From Ancylobacter sp. (lineage in GTDB: Bacteria > Pseudomonadota > Alphaproteobacteria > Rhizobiales > Xanthobacteraceae): a stretch of DNA of 64,000 nt. Shown here piece after piece: positions 52,563-64,000 of this stretch. Location: contig NZ_CBDFNE010000004.1 of the NCBI RefSeq assembly GCF_965249975.1, positions 653,559-717,558 of the forward strand, given 5' to 3'. The notes beneath the pieces were generated by a model that was not told the DNA's origin, did not search any database, and worked only from the letters and a program-made list of their open reading frames with translations. Within the stretch, counting starts at the first letter, position 1. Each line of letters begins with the position of its first letter. A program made the translations under genes and the position numbers.

Positions 52563-53945
52563 ATGGTTCATCGCACGGCCTCCGACCGGGGGTATGCCGG
52601 CCGCGCGGCTGGCGTCGCCATCGTCTGTTTCGGCCTCGCCGGCTGCGCCGGCGGCGACGACATTACCGGCGCGCTGTCCGCGCCGCCGGCCGCCTATGCC
52701 AGTGCGGCGCCCGCCCGCCCGGCGCCCTCGCGCCCGCAGGTGCAGGCGGAGGCGGCTCCCGCCGCGCCGGCCGCCACCGCCAGCCATCCCGACATGACCC
52801 CGGCCGCGCTAGCGCGCGACGAGGCGAATTTCAGCCGCTGCATCGCCGCGCTGGAACCGAAGGCGCGCGCCGCCGGCGTCTCCGCCGCCGGGTTCCGCCG
52901 CTATACGGCGGGGCTGAAGCCCGACATGGGCATCATGGAGAAGCTGCAGACCCAGCCCGAATTCAGCCGCACCGCTGGCGACTATGTCGACATGCTGGTC
53001 TCCGAGACCCGCATCCGCAAAGGCCGCGAGGCGATGGCGCAGAATGCGGCGGTGTTCGCCGAGGTTGAGCGCCGCTATGGCGTCGACCGCTATGTCGTCG
53101 CCGCCATCTGGGGCATCGAGACCAATTACGGCAGCGCGCGTGGCTCCTACCCCGTGCTTCAGGCCACCGGTACGCTCGCCTGCGTTGGCCGGCGTAAGGC
53201 TTATTTCCGCGACGAATTTGTCGCCGCCCTTCGCATCGTCGATCGCGGCGACATCCCGGAGAGCCATTTGCGCGGCTCCTGGGCCGGCGCGTTCGGCCTC
53301 ACCCAGTTCATGCCGACCGCCTTCCAGCGCGATGCGGTGGACTTCGACGGCGACGGGCACCGCAACGTGGTCGACTCCGTCGCCGACGCCATGGGCTCTA
53401 CCGCCAACAAGCTGAAGCGTGGTGGCTGGCAGGCGGGCCGCAGCTGGGGCTATGAGGTCGTGCTGCCGCGCCGCTTCGATTATCTGCTGGCCGACAAGAA
53501 CATCCGCAAGCCGATGCGGGAATGGGCGGCGCTCGGCATTCACCGCCCAGACGGGCGGGCGATGCCGCCGGGCGATGAGATGGCCTATCTGCTGCTGCCC
53601 GCGGGGGCCAAGGGCCCGGCCTTCCTGATGACCGACAATTTCAAGGCGATCCTCAGCTACAACCCGGCGGATGCCTATGCGCTCGCCATCGGCCATCTCG
53701 CGGACCGGCTGCGCGGCGGTGGGCCCTTCGTCCAGCCGTGGCCGGAGCAGCGCGCGCTCTCGCGCAATGAGCGTTCGGAGCTGCAGCAGCGCCTCGCCTC
53801 GCGCGGCTACAATGTCGGCACGCCGGACGGTGCGATCGGCGCGCAGACGCGGGCGGCGGTGCGCGAGTATCAGGTCGCGGTCGGCCTGCCGCCGGACGGA
53901 ATGCCCAGCGGCGAGGTGCTCGATAGCCTGCGCGGCGGCTCCTGA
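52563..53945 (+). CDS. Lytic murein transglycosylase (SLT_2/MltB-like) lipoprotein with a C-terminal PG-binding domain
   Basis: LAGC lipobox, AIWGIETNYG, GSWAGAFGLTQFMP, SYN, LQQRL..GY..DG.IG..TR.A. Confidence 0.9.
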   Translation: MVHRTASDRGYAGRAAGVAIVCFGLAGCAGGDDITGALSAPPAAYASAAPARPAPSRPQVQAEAAPAAPAATASHPDMTPAALARDEANFSRCIAALEPKARAAGVSAAGFRRYTAGLKPDMGIMEKLQTQPEFSRTAGDYVDMLVSETRIRKGREAMAQNAAVFAEVERRYGVDRYVVAAIWGIETNYGSARGSYPVLQATGTLACVGRRKAYFRDEFVAALRIVDRGDIPESHLRGSWAGAFGLTQFMPTAFQRDAVDFDGDGHRNVVDSVADAMGSTANKLKRGGWQAGRSWGYEVVLPRRFDYLLADKNIRKPMREWAALGIHRPDGRAMPPGDEMAYLLLPAGAKGPAFLMTDNFKAILSYNPADAYALAIGHLADRLRGGGPFVQPWPEQRALSRNERSELQQRLASRGYNVGTPDGAIGAQTRAAVREYQVAVGLPPDGMPSGEVLDSLRGGS

Positions 53946-54027
53946 TACCGGAACCGGGCCGGAGGGTCTTGAATCAGCCGCGATAATGGGCCACCCGTTC
54001 TGGGTGTCACCATTGGGAAATCGGCGC

Positions 54028-55389
54028 ATGGGCCGCAGGCTCGGCTATCGGATCGGAGCGAAGGCGCTGGCGGCGGCCGGCCTGCTTCTGGCCGGCTGCG
54101 CTCTGGCCCACGCGCAGAGCGACTGGTTCCGCCCGCCGGCCGATGTCGGCCAGCCTTCGGCCCGGCCCTCGCAGCAACAACAGCAGCGGGCCCGTCCGCA
54201 ACAGCAGCAGCAGGCGCGCCCGCAGCAGCGCGGCGCACCGCCGCAAGCCGCCGCCCCGAGTCGTTCCTGGTCGCCCTTCCAGCCGTTGATCAATCTGTTC
54301 GGCGGCAATGACGCCCGCCCCCGGCGGATGATGCCGATGGAACCCCAGTTGGCGCCGCCCCCGCCTGTGGTGGCGCAGCCGCCGGCGGAGCCGCGCGGCA
54401 AGGTCTACGCCACCGCCGGCGAGGCGCGGGCAGCGTCCGACAAGGTGAAGGAAGTGGTGCTGGTGTTCGGCGACGAGCAGGCCGGCACGCTGGCGCAGGG
54501 GCTGGCGGACGCCTTCGCTGCCGACCGCGAGAGCGCGGCGGTCGTCGGCCGCACGGAAGCCGGCGCCGGCTTCGCCCCGGCCCGCACGGTGGACCTTCTC
54601 GCCGCCGCGCGGCAATTGCCCACGGGCAATGACCAGGCCGACGCCATCGTTGTCCTGGCTGGCGCCAACGATCTGGAGCCGATCACCGATGCGGCGGGGG
54701 TGAGGGCCGAACTGTTCGACGAGCGCTGGCGCGAGCTCTATTCCCGCCGCGTCGAGGATTTCCTGCTGGCACTCAAGCTGCAGCGCCGCAACGTGGTCGT
54801 GGTCGGTCTGCCGCCGGTGGAAGACAGCGTGCGCAGCGAGCAGATCGCCCGCTACAACGCGCTGCTGAAGGAGATGGTGGAGCGCAACGGCTTCATCTTT
54901 GTCGACGCCACCGACGGCTTCGTTGACGAGAACGGCAAGTTCATGATGTCCGGTCCGGCTGTGGACGGTCAGCGCCGCCGACTGCGTACCGCCGACGGGG
55001 TCGGCTTCACACGCGCGGGGGCGCGCAAGCTGGCCTTCTTCGTCGACCAGAAGCTCGACGATCTGCTCTCCGGGCAGGATGTTCCCGCCGCCGCAGCCGA
55101 CCCGGCGGAGACGCGGCCTTCCATCATCATGCTGACCGGAGGCCCACCGGCCGGCAATGCGCGCAGCCTCGCCGGGGCGCCGGCGCTGGCCGCAGGCAAC
55201 GATGTCCGCCGCGCCGCCATGGCGGAGGAGGCCAGGCCGGAGCCGGCCAGTGCTCTGGTCGAGGGCACGGCTCCGCCAGCGGTGGCTGGCCGCACGGACG
55301 ATTTCCGCTGGCCGCCGGGCCAGCCGGTGGAACCGCTGGTTCCCGCCATGCCGCAGGCCCCGCTGCCGGGAACGGCCCCGTCGCCTTAG
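54028..55389 (+). CDS. SGNH/GDSL-type DUF459 family exported protein
   Basis: Signal peptide, Q-rich linker, VFGD, GANDL, VGLPP, DGVGFT..G.RKLA. Confidence 0.75.
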   Translation: MGRRLGYRIGAKALAAAGLLLAGCALAHAQSDWFRPPADVGQPSARPSQQQQQRARPQQQQQARPQQRGAPPQAAAPSRSWSPFQPLINLFGGNDARPRRMMPMEPQLAPPPPVVAQPPAEPRGKVYATAGEARAASDKVKEVVLVFGDEQAGTLAQGLADAFAADRESAAVVGRTEAGAGFAPARTVDLLAAARQLPTGNDQADAIVVLAGANDLEPITDAAGVRAELFDERWRELYSRRVEDFLLALKLQRRNVVVVGLPPVEDSVRSEQIARYNALLKEMVERNGFIFVDATDGFVDENGKFMMSGPAVDGQRRRLRTADGVGFTRAGARKLAFFVDQKLDDLLSGQDVPAAAADPAETRPSIIMLTGGPPAGNARSLAGAPALAAGNDVRRAAMAEEARPEPASALVEGTAPPAVAGRTDDFRWPPGQPVEPLVPAMPQAPLPGTAPSP

Positions 55390-55440
55390 AGACTGATTCA
55401 CCGATCTGATTGCGGTGCAATCAGATCGGAACGTGCTCTA
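55387..55440. repeat. Short MITE-like palindrome with TAGAG...CTCTA ends
   Basis: 13-bp stem CCGATCTGATTGC / GCAATCAGATCGG; terminal TAGAG / CTCTA. Confidence 0.55.
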
Positions 55441-55457
55441 GCCCGTCCGGACACGAA

Positions 55458-55482
55458 AAAGCCGGGCGCGAGGCCCGGCTTT
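55458..55482. terminator. Terminator hairpin downstream of gltD
   Basis: AAAGCCGGGC-GCGAG-GCCCGGCTTT, preceded by AA (a U-tail on the minus strand). Confidence 0.65.
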
Positions 55483-55502
55483 GCGTTCAGGTAGGACGGC
55501 TC

Positions 55503-56938
55503 TCAGCGCGGCAGGACGGAGCTGCCCATCAGGAAAGTGTCGATCGACTGCGCCGCCTGACGGCCCTCGCGGATCGCCCACACCACGAGAGACTGGCCGC
55601 GGCGCATGTCGCCGGCCGCGAAGACCTTTCGACACGCTGGTGGCGTAGTCGAGATCGGTCGCCGCCACATTGCCGCGCTTGTCGATTGCGAGCCCCTCCT
55701 GCTCCAGCATGCCTTCGTCATGCACCGGATGAACGAAGCCGAGAGCGATGAAGACGAGATCGGCCTTGATCAGGAACTCGGTGCCGGCGATCGGCTGGCG
55801 CTTGGCGTCGACGCGGGCGCACTTCACGGCGGTGACCTTGCCGTTCTTGCCCTCGATGCCGAGGGTCGCAGCGGCGAATTCGCGCTCGGCGCCTTCGGCC
55901 TGCGAGGAAGAGGTGCGGAACTTGGTCGGCCAATACGGCCACACCGCCAGCTTGTCTTCCTTCAGCGGCGGCACCGGGCGAATGTCGAGCTGGGTGTACC
56001 GACAGCGCGCCCTGGCGGAAGGCGGTGCCGACGCAGTCCGAGGCCGTGTCGCCGCCGCCGATGACGACGACATGCTTGCCGGCGGCGAGGATCGGCTCCT
56101 GCATTGCGCGACACATCCTCATGGCCGACGCGGCGGTTCTGCTGCACCAGGATAGGGCATGGCGTAATGCACGCCTTCGAGCTCCTGGCCGGGCAGAGCC
56201 GGGTTGCGCGGGGCTTCCGAGCCGCCGCACATCAGCACCGCATCATGCCCTTCCAGCAACTCTTCGAGCGGCGTGGTGACGCCGACATTGACGTTGTAAT
56301 GGAAGGTCACGCCTTCGCCCTGCATCTGGGCGACGCGGCGGTCGATATAGTGCTTCTCCATCTTGAAGTCGGGAATGCCGTAGCGCAGCAGGCCGCCGGC
56401 CTTGGGCTCGCGCTCATAGACATGCACCTCATGGCCAGCGCGGGCGAGCTGTTGCGCGGCGGCGAGGCCGGCCGGGCCGGAGCCGATCACGGCGACCTTC
56501 TTGCCGGTCTTGTGCGCGGCCGGCTCGGGCTTGATCCAGCCCGCCTTCCACGCCTTGTCGGCGATCGCCTGCTCGACGGTCTTGATGGTGACCGGCACGT
56601 CCTCGAGATTCAGCGTGCAGGCTTCCTCGCAGGGGGCGGGGCAGACGCGGCCGGTGAACTCCGGGAAGTTGTTGGTCGAGTGGAGGTTGCGCGCCGCCTC
56701 CTGCCAATTGCCGTGGTAGACGAGGTCGTTCCAGTCCGGGATCTGGTTGTGCACCGGGCAGCCATTCGGCCCGTGGCAGATACGGGATGCCGCAATCCAT
56801 GCAGCGCGCCGCCTGGTTGGCGACCTCGGCGTCCGGCAGCGGCAGGGTGAACTCGCGGAAATGGCGGATCCGGTCGGAGGCCGGCTGATACTTCGCCTCG
56901 CGCCGATCGATTTCGAGAAAGCCGGTAACCTTGCCCAT
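55503..56938 (-). pseudogene. gltD: Glutamate synthase small subunit, interrupted by five +1 frameshifts (pseudogene or assembly error)
   Basis: [64 protein letters not shown] spread over successive frames; breaks near 56779, 56151, 56105, 55996, 55628. Confidence 0.9.
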
Positions 56939-57110
56939 TGCGCCCCTCTTTCGCGGAGCACCGCCACCTTGGAGGCATTCCACCCCCCGGTGCAGATACA
57001 TCAAACATGCCAGTTGGAAAATGGCGGCGCGGCACCGTACCGCGCCGCGACCGAGCCGCGGCCCTCCCGAAGGGCCGGTCCCGCCGGGAGCCCGGCGGGT
57101 GCGGGCAGAC

Positions 57111-61838
<4,728 letters not shown>

Positions 61839-62278
61839 TCCCGTCACTCCCTCAAGGGTCGCTTTGATGTCCGGCGCCGAAACGGACTGTTCCCGCGGGG
61901 CGCTCTCCCGCAAGGCGTTCCCGCTCGCCGAACTACGCTAGCATCCGCCGTGCCACGCCCTCAGAAGGGCTGGGCCGCGAATTATAGGACAGCATACCTG
62001 CCCTATCAACCGCGAAGATGCCAGAATTGACGCGCGCGCACAAGCGCCGCGCGCGTCTTGGCCGGCGCGTTTTTTCACTCTTCTTGCGAAGCGTGCGCGC
62101 CGGGCGAAACGAACGGTAAGGCGCCTGGCCTTTGCGCGCAACGCCATTGCGCCCGAAGGCCGCCCTTGCCGCCGGCTTGGTCGCGAGCTCGGCAGGGGAG
62201 GAGACATGCGCCAAGGTCTTGCCGATGCCGCATTTTGCGGCTTCGCTGCCCGCTCGCCCTTCCGCTTCGGAGATGTCC

Positions 62279-63205
62279 ATGCCGATGCCCTGCGCGCCGA
62301 CCGCCCGCTTGCCCCGGCGCCTCGCGGCGGCCCTGCCGGTGCTGGCCGGCCTGTGCACCCTCATCAGCCTGCCGGCGCAGGCACAGATGTATGTCCGGCC
62401 CTATGGCGGGGTCTATGTGGACCGCTACTACGGTCCACCGCCGGCCTATTACCCGCCGCCCCCGGTCTATTATCCCCCGCCTGCCGCCTATCCGGCCCCA
62501 CCGCCGGTTTATCAGGCGCCGGGTCGCTTTCCCTTCGCCGATGTCGCCCCGATGCTGCGCTCCATGGGCATGAGCGCCATCGGCCGCCCGCGCGTCGACG
62601 GCAACACCTATCTCGTCGATGCCACCGCGCGCTCGGGGGCGCGCATGCGCGTGCGTATCGATGCCTATAGCGGCGAGGTGATCGCCATGCACCCGATCGG
62701 GCAGGGACCGGTGGGCAGCGCGCCGTCGGCACCTGTTCGTCAGGCGCTGCCGACGGTGGCGCCGCTGCCGCCCGCACGGCCGCCGGAACTTGCCGCCATC
62801 CCGGCGCCGGAGCCTTCGGCCGACGTGCCGCCCGCCGCCGCGCCGGATTCCGCGCCGCCGCCCGCCCCGGCCTCGCCGGAGCCGGCAGCCAATGCGACGA
62901 CGCCCGCGTCACCCTCCGCTGCGACGGGGGCGAGCGAGCCGGCGCCGGGCGCTGCCAGCCCGGTGCGGATCATCCCGGGAACCGCCGTCCCGCCGAGCGC
63001 CATGCCCCCCGCAGCGGCTTCGACTGCGCCTCCCGCGGCCGCGCCGCCCGCCGAACCGGCCAAGGCTGCCGCCGCAACGCCCTCCGTTCCCCCCGCCGGC
63101 AGCGGCACGGGAACCGGCGTCGGGACCGGCAGCACCGTGCCGGCCGGTACCGCTTCGGTCTATGCGCGCGGCGCCGCGGGCAAGCCGGCGCCGACGGAGG
63201 ACTGA
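62279..63205 (+). CDS. Exported Pro/Ala-rich protein with a PepSY-like segment
   Basis: Signal peptide ending AQAQ, YYGPPPAYYPPPP, LRSMG..Y.VDA..G..MRVRIDAYSGEVI, long P/A linker; start uncertain. Confidence 0.7.
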   Translation: MPMPCAPTARLPRRLAAALPVLAGLCTLISLPAQAQMYVRPYGGVYVDRYYGPPPAYYPPPPVYYPPPAAYPAPPPVYQAPGRFPFADVAPMLRSMGMSAIGRPRVDGNTYLVDATARSGARMRVRIDAYSGEVIAMHPIGQGPVGSAPSAPVRQALPTVAPLPPARPPELAAIPAPEPSADVPPAAAPDSAPPPAPASPEPAANATTPASPSAATGASEPAPGAASPVRIIPGTAVPPSAMPPAAASTAPPAAAPPAEPAKAAAATPSVPPAGSGTGTGVGTGSTVPAGTASVYARGAAGKPAPTED

Positions 63206-63222
63206 CCTTCCGCCCGCAACGC

Positions 63223-63257
63223 AAAGGGCGCCCCGGTGGTCCGCCGGGGCGCCCTTT
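63223..63257. terminator. Terminator between convergent genes
   Basis: AAAGGGCGCCCCGG-TGGTCCG-CCGGGGCGCCCTTT, 14-bp stem. Confidence 0.75.
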
Positions 63258-63357
63258 CTGTCAGATGGAGAGCCGGGTCGCCGCTGCGGGGACGGTCCTC
63301 ACCCGCAGCAGGCCGTCGGCTTCGCTAGCGCGGCGTCCGCCTCACGCGGCGTCCACC

Positions 63358-63849
63358 TCACGCGGCCTGAGCCTCGCTCGCTTTCGCCTCGCTGGTCTTG
63401 GCCTCGATCACGCGCGGCGCGCTGGCGCCGGTGGCGATGGGAATGGTGCGGGGCTTCATCGCCTCGGGAATCTCGCGCACCAGCTCCACATGCAGCAGGC
63501 CGTTGGCGAGGCTGGCGCCGCGCACTTCCACATGGTCGGCGAGCTGGAAGCGGCGCTCGAAGGCGCGGGCGGCGATGCCCTGATAGAGCACGTCGGCCGG
63601 CTTGCCGGCCTCGACCTTGCGATCGCCGCGAATGGACAGGCCATTCTCCTTCACCTCGATGGACAGGTCGTCCGCGGTGAAGCCGGCGACGGCGACGGTG
63701 ATGCGATAGGCATTCTCGCCGGTGCGCTCGATATTGTAGGGCGGATAGGTGGGGGCGGTGTCGACGCTGTTCACCTGGTCGAGCAGCGAGAACAGGCGAT
63801 CAAAGCCGACGGTCGAACGGTGCAGGGGGGTAAGGTCAAACGTACGCAT
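63358..63849 (-). CDS. ibpA: Small heat shock protein (Hsp20, IbpA family)
   Basis: RSTVGFDRLF, YPPYNIE, AVAGF, YQGIAARAFERRFQLADHV, NGLLHVEL.REIPE. Confidence 0.93.
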   Translation of the reverse strand: MRTFDLTPLHRSTVGFDRLFSLLDQVNSVDTAPTYPPYNIERTGENAYRITVAVAGFTADDLSIEVKENGLSIRGDRKVEAGKPADVLYQGIAARAFERRFQLADHVEVRGASLANGLLHVELVREIPEAMKPRTIPIATGASAPRVIEAKTSEAKASEAQAA

Positions 63850-63935
63850 GGCATATCCTCACGTTAAGCGACATGCAGAAGGGTCCTCTCAATTGAGCCG
63901 AACCCGGTTCACGTACCGCCTTCTGGCCGGTACAA
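63850..63935 (-). ncRNA. ROSE-type RNA thermometer in the ibpA 5' UTR
   Basis: 3' hairpin GCAUGUC-G-CU-UAACGUG-AGGAUAUGC pairs the UCGCU motif (bulged G) against the AGGA SD; upstream hairpin GUACC..GGUAC. Confidence 0.8.
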
Positions 63936-63940
63936 CAGCG

Positions 63941-63968
63941 AGATAGGAAGGGCTTTGCGGCGCGCAAG
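63941..63968 (-). promoter_or_regulatory. RpoH (sigma32)-type promoter of ibpA
   Basis: CTTG-N17-CCTATCT matches the alphaproteobacterial RpoH consensus CTTG-N17-CYTATNT. Confidence 0.7.
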
Positions 63969-64000
63969 AGCCTTGCGGCGAAATCGACGGCGCGCCGGTC

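Noticed and set aside
55503-56938. Programmed frameshifting or phase variation as the explanation for the gltD breaks
   Set aside because: Five separate sites, with no slippery heptamers or long homopolymer/SSR tracts.

Overview
High-GC alphaproteobacterial chromosomal segment (Hyphomicrobiales; a Xanthobacteraceae/Ancylobacter-like source is my inference from gene content and GC). Most of it is core genome: argJ-mutT, methyltransferase/comF-grxC-nitrilase-DUF1178, ccmC-ccmD-ccmG, ffh-rpsP-rimM-trmD-rplS, leuC/leuD/leuB interleaved with accessory genes, ispA/mtgA, rpmF, phaR/phaA-phaB, gloB, thpR, DUF4167-prmC-prfA-ptsP-lysC/ubiG, clpB, galU, a lytic transglycosylase, gltB-gltD and an Hsp20 gene. 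There is one clear mobile element, an IS5-family element inserted in the CTAG containing the ubiG stop codon. No CRISPR array, rRNA or tRNA was seen. The most notable items are: (1) an unexplained ~175-bp tandem repeat at the left edge built from conserved blocks separated by variable segments; (2) a candidate leaderless uORF upstream of leuC; (3) an RHH-VOC-Tat subunit-GMC oxidoreductase module of unknown substrate; (4) gltD broken by five +1 frameshifts, probably an assembly artefact; (5) an atypical pyruvate-kinase-like protein; (6) a ROSE-type thermometer with an RpoH-like promoter on the Hsp20 gene. Product calls rest on motif recognition by eye. No database searches were run, and start codons were chosen by inspection.
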